Part shown: piece by piece, positions 22,573-31,799 of the stretch | Position numbering within the stretch: position 1 is the first letter of the stretch | Layout of the letters: each line of letters begins with the position of its first letter | Position numbers and translations under genes: made by a program | The notes under the pieces: model-generated | Databases searched by the model: none | Seen by the model: the letters and a program-made list of their open reading frames with translations, nothing else | What the model was told of the DNA's origin: nothing | NCBI GenBank assembly: GCA_963796965.1 | Contig: CAWCNS010000005.1 | Coordinates: 288,001-352,000 of the forward strand | DNA from: Calditrichia bacterium | GTDB lineage: Bacteria > Calditrichota > Calditrichia > JAJRVZ01 | Direction of reading: 5' to 3' | DNA: 64,000 bases

Positions 22573-23769
22573 ATGGCAAAAAAAACAATTGAGGATGTAA
22601 GACTGGCGCAGAAAAAAGTGTTAATGCGCTGTGATTTTAATGTTCCTCTTGATGCAGATCAAAATATTACCGATGACCGGAGGATTACCGCTTCGCTGCC
22701 ATCAATAAAAAAAGTACTCGCCGAGAATGGCGCCTTGATTCTCTGTTCACATTTGGGGCGACCCAAGGGACAGGTGAAGCCCGAGATGAGTCTGAAACCT
22801 GTGGCTAAAAGACTTAGTGACTTGTTGGGTTTGAATGTGGTTCTTAGCAATGATGCGATAGGTGAAGAAACGGCCGGAATGAAGGAATCTCTGAAGCCTG
22901 GCCAGGTTTTACTGCTGGAAAATTTACGGTTTCATAAAGAAGAAACTGAAAATGATGCTGACTTTGCCAAAGAATTGGCACAAGGCTGTGATATTTACGT
23001 GAATGATGCCTTCGGCACCGCCCACCGTGCCCATGCTTCTACGGAGGGCGTAACCCATTATATAGATGATTGTGTTGCCGGCTATCTGATCGAGAAAGAG
23101 ATCAAATACCTCGATGGGGCCATTAATAATCCTACACGTCCCCTGATAGCTATACTTGGGGGTGCCAAAATATCCGGGAAAATTGATGTTATTAAGAATC
23201 TTTTTGATAAAGTTGATGCTCTGATTATTGGTGGTGGTATGGTCTATACATTCTACAAGGCCAAAGGTTGGGAAATTGGAACCTCTCTTTTAGAAGAGGA
23301 TAAAATTGAGTTGGCCGGAGAATTGTTGGCCGAGGCTGAAAAGAAAAATGTGGCATTACATCTGCCGGTCGATAATGTTATTGCCGATGCATTTGATAAT
23401 GATGCGAAGAGAGAAACTGTGGCCGCCGGCAAAATTCCTGAAAATTGGATGGGCCTGGATATTGGACCTGAAACGATTAAGAATTTTTCAGCAGAGGTAG
23501 AAAAGGCTAAGACAGTGGTCTGGAATGGACCAATGGGTGCCTTTGAAATGCCCAATTTTGCTAATGGTACCCGTAAAATTGCCGAAGCATTGGCTGAGAG
23601 CACAAAAAATGGCGCTGTATCGATAGTTGGGGGCGGGGATTCAGCCGCAGCAATTTCTATTTTTGGTCTGGATGATCAAATATCGCATATTTCTACCGGT
23701 GGCGGTGCTTCTCTGGAATTTCTGGAAGGTAAAAAATTGCCAGGTATTGAGGCCTTGAGCGATAAATAG
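22573..23769 (+). CDS. pgk: phosphoglycerate kinase
   Basis: [36 protein letters not shown]. Confidence 0.97.
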   Translation: MAKKTIEDVRLAQKKVLMRCDFNVPLDADQNITDDRRITASLPSIKKVLAENGALILCSHLGRPKGQVKPEMSLKPVAKRLSDLLGLNVVLSNDAIGEETAGMKESLKPGQVLLLENLRFHKEETENDADFAKELAQGCDIYVNDAFGTAHRAHASTEGVTHYIDDCVAGYLIEKEIKYLDGAINNPTRPLIAILGGAKISGKIDVIKNLFDKVDALIIGGGMVYTFYKAKGWEIGTSLLEEDKIELAGELLAEAEKKNVALHLPVDNVIADAFDNDAKRETVAAGKIPENWMGLDIGPETIKNFSAEVEKAKTVVWNGPMGAFEMPNFANGTRKIAEALAESTKNGAVSIVGGGDSAAAISIFGLDDQISHISTGGGASLEFLEGKKLPGIEALSDK

Positions 23770-23790
23770 TGATTAAGTATTTGTGTATAT

Positions 23791-23958
23791 CTCTCGCAGC
23801 GACGCAACGACGCAGAGAAAACTACTTTATGATTTATTTGATTCACGAGAATTTTACTTATAATTTTAATGTTTTTTGGATATTAAGTCATCTCAAGCAC
23901 TCTATATAGATCAAGTAATCTAGTAAATAAATTCGCTGCGACTCTGCGTCGCTGCGAA
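23791..23958. repeat. palindromic MITE-like element between pgk and tpiA
   Basis: TCGCAGCGACGCAACGACGCAGAG ... CTGCGACTCTGCGTCGCTGCGA; left arm recurs at 58012-58042. Confidence 0.7.
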
Positions 23959-23982
23959 AAAAAAATAAGAGGTGTAAATAAA

Positions 23983-24748
23983 ATGAGAAAAATATATTAT
24001 AGCCGGTAATTGGAAAATGTATAAAACCAACGCTGAGGCAGAACAATTAGTCACGGCCTTAAAAGGTAAAACATCGTCAATTGAAAAAGCCGGGATGATT
24101 GTTTGTCCTCCAGCCACAGCTCTGAGCGCAGTAGTTGCCGCTGTTGAAGGCAGTAAAATTGGCGTTGGTGCCCAAAATATGTATTGGGAAGATGAAGGTG
24201 CCTATACGGGTGAATTATCAAGTGAAATGATTAAATCGACAGGTGCAACTTATGTTATTATTGGTCATTCCGAAAGAAGACAATATTTTGGTGAGACGGA
24301 TCAAACGGTGAACAAAAAGTTAAAACAAGCATTAAAGACTAATCTTAATCCTATCGTTTGCATCGGTGAAAGTCTCGATCAGCGTGAAGGTGGGATAACA
24401 AAGGATGTCATTGGCGAACAACTTGATGGTGCATTAAAGGATATTTCAGCAGATCAGATGGCAAAAATCATTCTTGCTTATGAGCCTGTATGGGCCATAG
24501 GTACCGGTAAAACGGCAACACCTGACCAGGCCCAGGATGTACACGCCTTTATCAGATCTAAACTTCAAACGATGTATGACGCAGCGACCAGCTCCTCAGT
24601 CGTAATCCAGTATGGTGGAAGTGTTAAACCCAATAATGCTTATGAATTATTAAAGCAGGATGATATAGATGGGGCACTTGTTGGTGGTGCATGCTTAGAG
24701 GCCGATTCTTTTAGTGAAATTATTAAAGCTGCCGAGAGTTTATCTTAA
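23983..24748 (+). CDS. tpiA: triosephosphate isomerase (extra A in homopolymer near start)
   Basis: MRKYIIAGNWKM after -1 correction; GHSERR, AYEPVWAIGTG, YGGSV. Confidence 0.96.
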
Positions 24749-24817
24749 TCTGTAAAAAATATTGATAACAGAATTTTTCCTGCTTAAATTTGCAGGCTTT
24801 AAAAATTGGAGTAATTA

Positions 24818-25159
24818 ATGTATACATTATTAATAATAATTTTTGTGTTGGTATGTTTTTCGATGGTTCTTGTTATTCTTCTTCAGGCTGGTAAAGGCCA
24901 GGGTCTTGCTGGAACATTTGGCGGGCCTGGTGCCGGTGCTGTCTTTGGAGGAAGAGGAGCCGCGACATTTTTAAGCAAAGCGACAGGCATCCTGGCAACA
25001 CTTTATCTTTTCCTTTGTCTCTTGATTGGATATGTTTATAAATCACAGAACGAGGTTCAAAGAGATAGTTTGATTCAGCAGGAAACAGAGCAGGCATTGC
25101 CAGCCTCTACGGTTCCCCTGGCACCGGTAGGCGATTTTCCTTCTGATTCTACACGGTAA
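24818..25159 (+). CDS. secG: preprotein translocase subunit SecG
   Basis: ILLQAGKGQGLAGTFGG, FLSKAT; tpiA-secG-tRNA-Leu synteny. Confidence 0.92.
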   Translation: MYTLLIIIFVLVCFSMVLVILLQAGKGQGLAGTFGGPGAGAVFGGRGAATFLSKATGILATLYLFLCLLIGYVYKSQNEVQRDSLIQQETEQALPASTVPLAPVGDFPSDSTR

Positions 25160-25162
25160 AAT

Positions 25163-25247
25163 GCTGGAGTGGTGGAATCTGGTAGACACGCTATCTTGAG
25201 GGGGTAGTGCCTTACGGGGCGTGGGGGTTCAAGTCCCCCCTCCAGCA
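25163..25247 (+). tRNA. tRNA-Leu(GAG)
   Basis: GCTGGAG/CTCCAGC acceptor stem, anticodon arm CTATC-TTGAGGG-GGTAG, long variable arm, GGTTCAAGTCC T-loop; CCA not encoded. Confidence 0.95.
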
Positions 25248-25253
25248 CTAATA

Positions 25254-25290
25254 AAAACAAGGACTTACGGCAAATGTAAGTCCTTTTTTT
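25254..25290 (+). terminator. terminator hairpin after tRNA
   Basis: AAGGACTTAC...GTAAGTCCTTTTTTT. Confidence 0.75.
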
Positions 25291-25313
25291 ATGCCTAAAA
25301 ACCTACCGTATTT

Positions 25314-25341
25314 TGTGTCCTTTGTGTCCTGAAATGTGTCC
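25314..25341 (+). repeat. three TGTGTCC direct repeats, candidate integrase arm-type sites
   Basis: TGTGTCC at 25314, 25323 and 25335 between tRNA and integrase. Confidence 0.55.
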
Positions 25342-25504
25342 ATGCCTATTTTTAATAAAATCTTGTGAAAATCGGAACTAAATAGCGTTTGAATCGTGCA
25401 ATGACTGACTAAGGAAGAAAAAATCCCCTTAGAAATTCCCCTCATATTCCTTATTCCGATCAAGATATATATAATATTCAAATCCATTGAATACGGGAGG
25501 TTAT

Positions 25505-26646
25505 ATGGCCAGCTTGGAAAAGCGCAATAAGAATTTATATCGGCTTCGCTGGATTGAAAATGGTGAGCGAAAGCAAAAGACGTTCAATGCTGATAGCTAT
25601 AAAGATGCTCTGGATAGAAAGAACAAAAAGAAGAAGAATTGCTGAGAATGAAAAGCAGCAGTTTTCGACTATCCGAACTCTGGCAATTATATAAAAAAGC
25701 CCGGCCAAGACGAAATAATGAAAAACACGAAGAAGCATTTGTTAAACGGGCAATTGAATTCTATTCGGATTGTTTTATATATGAAATCACGGAAAAATCC
25801 GTAAATGATTATAAGATTTGGTTACAGAAACAAACAAATAAGAATTATAAAAATAAGAAGGTTTTACTTTCCCCGACATATGCTAATACCTGTCTAAAGA
25901 AATTACAGGCGGTTTGGAATTTTGGCAGACAGGAAAGATATATAAATCGTGAGAACGATATTTTTATTGATTTTAAGTTTCCTCCTGAAAACAAAAGAGA
26001 GTTTGTTTTATCTACACAGGAATTCAACCATCTATATGAGACAACAAAGAATGAAAATCCTCTTTATGCCGAATTCATGAAACTGCTTATCCAAACCGGA
26101 TGGAGAAGGGGAGAGTTAGCGAAATTACAATGGAAAGATATAAATGATAAACACATTGTTCTGCGAAACACAAAAGGCAAAGGACAGGACGATTATTATC
26201 CAAAATTCAGACTTTGTTAAAGACACATTACAAAACATATATAAGTTACAGAAGCGACATTCAAAATATGTTTGGGCTGATAATAAAGGACACCGTTTAG
26301 CCAAAGTAACAATAAGCCAGAGTAGTTTCAAGATATATGAACAAAGCTGGCTTTCCTGAAGGAACGGCACACACTCTCAGGCATTCATTTGCCACAAACG
26401 CACAGGCAAATGGATTAAGCATATATGAAGCCAATCTTGCTTTTACGGCAAAGTTCAATCAGGATGACCGAAAGATATACGCATTTAATTCCTGACCAAA
26501 TTGATGAACGAAAGGTTGATTTCTTGAAACAAGAAGAACCAACTTTTGATATTAACAATCAAAAATATAAACCAAATCTCAATTGCACCGGAAATATTCC
26601 AACCAGTTGGATAAAGAGATTCTATTCAGGGAACCTTAGCGTCTAA
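25505..26646 (+). pseudogene. phage-type tyrosine recombinase/integrase, multiply frameshifted
   Basis: MASLEKRNKNLYRLRW start; TGWRRGEL; HTLRHSFAT encoded near 26370-26396; SSIRMTERYTH; adjacent to tRNA. Confidence 0.85.
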
Positions 26647-26664
26647 AAAATAGTTTAAACAGAG

Positions 26665-26755
26665 AAGGCGATCAAGAATTCGGCCACATGGGCCACCCCG
26701 TATAAAGAACGGCAATACGGGGGAATCCGTGTGCGACTTCTTGGTCGCCTTTTTT
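26665..26755 (+). other. long imperfect hairpin with T tract
   Basis: AAGGCGATCAAGAA/TTCTTGGTCGCCTT, CACATGG/CCGTGTG and CCCCGTAT/ATACGGGG nested stems. Confidence 0.7.
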
Positions 26756-26795
26756 GTTGGCGACCGACTATAGAAAATAAAGAGAGGAGATTATA

Positions 26796-27092
26796 ATGCA
26801 CACAAGTAATGAGAGAAGAGAGATATTCCAAGAAGTAGCAGACACTTTAAGTCGTATTGGCAAACCAATAACATTAGATACAAAGGTTGTTGACTTAAGT
26901 TCATACGCTGAAGAGTGTGGTGACTATGATTATATGGATGTCAGAACATTGATAGGAAAAATGTGGCATGTAACAGATATTATGCCATGGTTGACCTGTG
27001 AAGCAATAGATGATTGCTGTCCATATGGATATTCAGTTCCGCAGGGTTCAACATATGCGAAAGGTGCACGAACGCTTAGAAATATAATATAG
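26796..27092 (+). CDS. hypothetical protein
   Basis: 98-aa ORF with GAGGAG RBS. Confidence 0.6.
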   Translation: MHTSNERREIFQEVADTLSRIGKPITLDTKVVDLSSYAEECGDYDYMDVRTLIGKMWHVTDIMPWLTCEAIDDCCPYGYSVPQGSTYAKGARTLRNII

Positions 27093-27320
27093 CATCAGCA
27101 GTCGTTCCTAACGGTGTTGCGTGTCGGCGATTTCAAATCTCCTTAGTCGTCGTTATCTATTTTTATCACCGTTTCGAGCGCACACGCACGAACTGGAATA
27201 AGCTGCTGTATCAAATATAACTTTTTATCTAAAAACAGATAATATCCCGATCGAGATTTGGATTGGGCACAAACCATGTATTCAGGAAGTCTTTGTGTTC
27301 ATGATAGATGCTATTTGAAT

Positions 27321-28681
27321 TGTCCCTCCCGTAAATTACATCCGGTTACATTGAAAGCCTGAGATTGATGACAAAGTAGTGATAAGAAATCAATTTTCTA
27401 CGACTTTTATATTAATATCTAGAACGGAATCAGTTAAATACCAGATTGAAGGATCCCAAAGTTTTACTTTGGTGATCATTTGAGAAAGGGTATATCCTTT
27501 AATATATACAGATAGGGAATATTCTTGTTCTAAAAATTTAATGACTAAAATAGGTTAGGCAACTCTTTTATAGAGATGATGCAGGCCACCAACTTGTGGG
27601 ATGGCAATAACTTTACCTTTAGATTTTGGTTCGATCTTTCGTGGGATAGGGGAGTTCTTTGATAGAGAAAGATGAGTTCTCGCGTTCAGATAATAATCGC
27701 GATAAGAAGTCAGGATTTTGTGTAGGTGTTTCTGGTTAAAGATGATTACATGATCCAGACATTCTCGGCGAATTGAACCAATTAATCTTTCTACAAAAGG
27801 ATTCTGCCAAGGAGATTTAGGTGCTGTGACAACTTCTTTAATACCCATGTTGTTGACAGTTTGCTGGAAAACCTGTCCATAGGTAGAATCCCGATCACGT
27901 ATCAGATATTTTGGGGATTGATCATAAGGAAATGCTTCTTTGATTTGTTGTGCTGTCCACTGAGCAGTAGGATTGGTGGTGATATTGAAATGTACAATCT
28001 TTCGCTGTTCATGTCTTAATACGATAAAACAATATAGGATTTTGAAAGTTACTGTGGGTACTGTAAAAAAATCAATGGAGACGATTTGATTAGTATGGTT
28101 TTTAAGGAAAGCCTTCCATGTTTGCGATGGTGGTTTTGGCTTTCTACCAGGTATTTTGATATGGTTGATTCTACAATATCGTAACCTAAAAGTTGAAGTT
28201 CTGCATGGATTCTTGGTGCTCCCCAGGTAGGATTTTCATGAGCCATTCGTTTAATCAGGTCCCGGATTTCTTTACTAACTTTTGGCCTACCTGGTTTAGA
28301 TCTGGATTTCCAGCGCCAGTAAAGCTTGAATCCTTGCCGATGCCATTTGACAACGGTTTCAGGCTTAACAATAAAAAGAGTGGATTTCCAATCATTCCAT
28401 AACTGGGAAAGCATGTACCAGAAGAAGCGATCTTGGTTCCGCAGTTTGGTGCGTTTGATACTTCGTTGTTGAACTACTAGTTGTTGTCGAAGAGCCAGAT
28501 TTTCAAGAACAAGATTATTACGATTTGTAAAGGTTAATCTGAAAATCCAAAAGATAAGTTCGAAACCCAGTTTCAATATTGAATTCTCCAAAAAACTCTT
28601 AAATAATTTGGTGTAAATAATAATTTTAGATTTTACTTAAGTAGTTGATATTAAACAAGTACGGAATTTACGGGAGGGACA
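27321..28681 (-). mobile_element. IS481-like insertion sequence (rve/integrase-core transposase)
   Basis: perfect 17-bp terminal IR TGTCCCTCCCGTAAATT (27321-27337 / 28665-28681), TGT...ACA ends; no target duplication. Confidence 0.85.
27555..28591 (-). CDS. DDE transposase, integrase core domain (frameshifted)
   Basis: LENLALRQQL, VKPETVVKWHR, NPTWGAPRIHAEL, SPWQNPFVERLIGSIRRECLDH. Confidence 0.88.
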
Positions 28682-28765
28682 GGCCGGCCACAATTTTTCA
28701 TAAGCCACAGAACACTAGGAACGGATCCCACGCGCCCTCCGGTCCACTTGAGCAGATGGTTAGGC
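28682..28765 (-). other. attC site 1, truncated by the IS481-like element
   Basis: minus strand GCCTAAC-CATC-TGCT(C)AAGTGG(A)CCGG; only CCGGCC of the partner arm survives next to the IS end. Confidence 0.75.
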
Positions 28766-28778
28766 ACGAATTTTGAAA

Positions 28779-29204
28779 TTATAACCATAATAGGTCTGAC
28801 CAAGAATAAATCCAAATTGCAATTATTGGTAGTCGAGTAACTGATTCCAATCTTCTTCTGGTTATGGATTCATTAATGTTATGAATTAATTGGTGTTTAT
28901 TACTACTCTCAATCTCATCATTTTCAAATAACATAGAGATAAGTATAGATATCAGTACAATTGTTGATAAAACAATTATGATAATCCATAAAAATGGAAA
29001 TTTTGCATATAGAAACGCTACAAAAAAACAAATCATCGATCCAAGTAGATATGGAATGTAGTATTGATAGAACTTATTCAATCCCATTTTTTGTATAATT
29101 TTTTTCTTAAAACTCTCATACTGGTCAGCGAAAAATAAATCCCGAAAAAACCATATTATCTGAAAAAACAAGTATGATATGAATGCTGTATATTCTATGA
29201 TCAT
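28779..29204 (-). CDS. hypothetical membrane protein, integron gene cassette
   Basis: hydrophobic AT-rich ORF bounded by complementary core sites GTTAGGCAC (28759) / GTGCCTAAC (29236). Confidence 0.7.
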   Translation of the reverse strand: MIIEYTAFISYLFFQIIWFFRDLFFADQYESFKKKIIQKMGLNKFYQYYIPYLLGSMICFFVAFLYAKFPFLWIIIIVLSTIVLISILISMLFENDEIESSNKHQLIHNINESITRRRLESVTRLPIIAIWIYSWSDLLWL

Positions 29205-29333
29205 AATTAATTTTAATTGATGGGCATTCCTCTGAGTGCCTAACGGTCACGCTTAAGCGATATTTTATAAAAGGTCCCCCAATAATATAAATTATGGTTA
29301 CCCAACCAATAACATAACATAAGGAGACCTTTC

Positions 29334-30387
29334 ATGAATTACGCTCAAATTAATCAACGTTATTTATGCGGCATTGACCTTCACGCCAACAGCATGTATC
29401 TGAAAATCATTGATCGTGAGGGTCAGGTTCACTACAAACGTAATATGCCAAACAATTTTGCACTATTTCAAGAAAATACTGACGCCATATCTTCCAGACA
29501 TTGCCGTAGGTGTGGAGTCGACATTCAACTATTACTGGCTTTATGATGGTTGTTTAGAGGCCGGTATTCCATTTTATTTAGGCCATGCCGCTTATATGAA
29601 AGCGATTGCCGGAAATAAGAAGAAGAATGATCCCCTAGATGCAGAAACGATCGCTCATCTGATGCGCAGCAACCTGTTTCCGCAAGCCTATCCCTATCCC
29701 GGGGAAATGCGGGCCGTCCGTGATCTCCTGAGGCGTCGTCACCGTCTGGTACGTCACCGCAGCGAAGCCTACACCCATGTTCAATTGCTATTGCGCCAGC
29801 AAGGTATCTGTGATTTTCGTGGCAAGGATGTAAAGAGTGAATCCGGAAAAGAGCAGATATTGAAAAGTCTTGCCGACCCGGATGTTTATTATCTGGTTAA
29901 TAGCGATATACTGTTAATTGATCAACTGGATAATCTTTTGAGCGAAATAGAAAAACAGATAAAGACGAGAGCCTCTCAGCACAATGGTACGGATTACAGT
30001 TTACTTAAAACTGTCACAGGAGTAGGTGATATGCTGGCACTTTCGATTCTTTATGAGACCCATGATATCAATCGTTTCCCAAAGGTGCAGAACTATGCTT
30101 CCTATTGCCGGGTTATTCGTGTGCAAAGAACTTCGGCCGGCAAAAACCAGTATGGCAGAAACCAAAAGATGGGCAATCCCTATTTGAAATGGACCTACGG
30201 TCAGATACTCGTCCATGCCCGTCAATCCAGTGAGCGGATCAATGCTTATTATCAGAAACTGGAAGCCAGGCGCTGCGCGAAATTAGCCCGTGGTATCATC
30301 TCTCATAAATTTGCTGTGGCCGTATATCATATGCTAAAGAAAAAAGAGGCATTCAATGAAGATCGTTTTCTCAAGGTGGCATCTTAG
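29334..30387 (+). CDS. IS110 family transposase/recombinase (frameshift near 29470)
   Basis: YLCGIDLH, VGVEST, KKNDPLDA, LLKTVTGVG, RF...YASYC...TSAG, GNPYLKW. Confidence 0.92.
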
Positions 30388-30940
30388 AAGATCCGTGGCC
30401 GGCCTGGACGGATAGCGCTCTTCCACGTATAGCACAATCCAGTCTCACTTAAGCGATTGATCCGGGATGTCTACCTTGTCATATCACTGGCGGACAGAGA
30501 CCTGAGTTTAATAAAGAACATCAGGAAAAGATGATGTGTAAGGAGCTGTTTGTGGAAGAACAGACTCTATGCTTTAGATCCATAAACCGGGTCTCTGTCC
30601 TATAGTTAAACATAGCAAACTGTGATCTTTATTTTCTGGTCATCTGCCCGTGACCACAGCACTGCTTTATCGCTAACACTGCCTTTTGGTGGTAGTTCTA
30701 ATAAATCGAATGGCGTGGTTAACGGTACCGTAATATTTCTGTGTCTGCAAACTGGCAGACGCCTGTGCAAAAAAACATGCACAGGAGAATCCAATATGCG
30801 ACTGGTGCGGATGATTGAAGACAATCATTCAGCCTCAATATAGAATAGCGAGTCAGAAGAAGGAAAAGAGAAGATTGCAGGGTGTTTTTGATGCAAAATC
30901 AAATAAAAGTAGATAAAAATCGAAAGGGAATACTGTTTTT
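30388..30940 (+). ncRNA. candidate bridge/seek RNA region of the IS1111 element
   Basis: stems GGACAGAGACC/GGTCTCTGTCC, CCTGTGCA/TGCACAGG, ATGATTG/CAATCAT; target-like CTTAAGCG (30448) and donor-like AATATGCGA (30793). Confidence 0.6.
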
Positions 30941-31120
30941 TCTTGACTTTGGACCTTTAATATGCGGCGCGCCACAGACTGGGGTAGGGCACGATTTCTA
31001 GGAATCATGCCACGCGTTTTCGCGTCCGCTTCAAGCGATGGTTAGAAACACCATTTTTTATTTGTAAATTTTTAATTCCTGTTTATTTTATTGAAACATT
31101 ACACACTAATATGTAGTTAA

Positions 31121-31300
31121 ATGACTAAACGAGAAATTGAAAAATTGTTAAAAAAGGCCGGTTTTATCAAAAGATCCGGTGGAAAACATGATATCTGGAT
31201 AAAAAGTGGATGTCCCCCGATTCCTGTTCCAAGACACAAAGGGGACATCCCAATCGGTACTGCAAAAAGTATCCTGAAAGCAGCAGGATTGGAGAAATAA
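31121..31300 (+). CDS. hicA: HicA family toxin (59 aa, absent from ORF track)
   Basis: MTKREIEKLLKKAGFIKRSGGKHDIWIKSGCPPIPVPRHKGDIPIGTAKSILKAAGLEK. Confidence 0.88.
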   Translation: MTKREIEKLLKKAGFIKRSGGKHDIWIKSGCPPIPVPRHKGDIPIGTAKSILKAAGLEK

Positions 31301-31302
31301 AA

Positions 31303-31713
31303 ATGAAATATTATTATGCAATTTTTAAACATAGCAAAGATACTGTTGAAGTTGAATTTCCTGATTTAACCGGTTGTGTAACATTTGGTAGTAATCGGGA
31401 TGAAGCATTAGAAAATGCAACAGATGTTTTAGCTGCCTGGTTAGCAAATGCAGAATCCCAGTTTGTAAAAAAACCAAGTTCATACCAGGAATTAAAGAAA
31501 AAATACAAAAATGCTGATCTTATACCAATTGCGTTGGATGAGCAAATTCTTGAGTCATATGAGGAACTAAAAAGATTCAATGTGATTTTTCCCTCAAGAT
31601 TACTGAAAAAAGTGGACGACTTTCGAAAAAAAACCGGTCTTAAAAGATCTACTTTACTGAAAATAGCCACTGAAGAATATCTTGAAAAACAAAAATCCTC
31701 ATCAGTTCGTTAA
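31303..31713 (+). CDS. hicB: HicB family antitoxin with C-terminal RHH domain
   Basis: VEFPDLTGCVTFGSNRDEALENATDVL; KRFNVIFPSRLLKKVD...RSTLL. Confidence 0.9.
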   Translation: MKYYYAIFKHSKDTVEVEFPDLTGCVTFGSNRDEALENATDVLAAWLANAESQFVKKPSSYQELKKKYKNADLIPIALDEQILESYEELKRFNVIFPSRLLKKVDDFRKKTGLKRSTLLKIATEEYLEKQKSSSVR

Positions 31714-31799
31714 TCTTGTGTGGTGTTTCTAACGGCCACTGCTAACAGGCGCGAGTTTTACCACAATTAAAATTCATGCCACAGCTGTAAGCGTCCTGT

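Larger units (their letters stand above)
29260..30963 (+). mobile_element. IS110-family, IS1111-group element inserted in attC
   Basis: subterminal IR AAAGGTCC/GGACCTTT, GCG core on both sides, TTGACT inside right end, about 570-nt non-coding region after the transposase. Confidence 0.88.
29238..31047 (-). other. attC site 2 interrupted by IS1111 element
   Basis: rejoined + strand GCCTAAC-GGTCA-CGCTTAAGCGGCGCG ... CGCG(T)CCGCTT(C)AAGCG-ATG-GTTAGAA, about 103 nt with two extrahelical bases. Confidence 0.85.

Noticed and set aside
25505..26646. Integron integrase IntI
   Set aside because: No IntI-specific insertion visible; tRNA-adjacent phage-type layout; lies at the distal end of the array
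30606..30843. Small ORFs inside the IS1111 right end
   Set aside because: Overlap the structured non-coding region; no protein features
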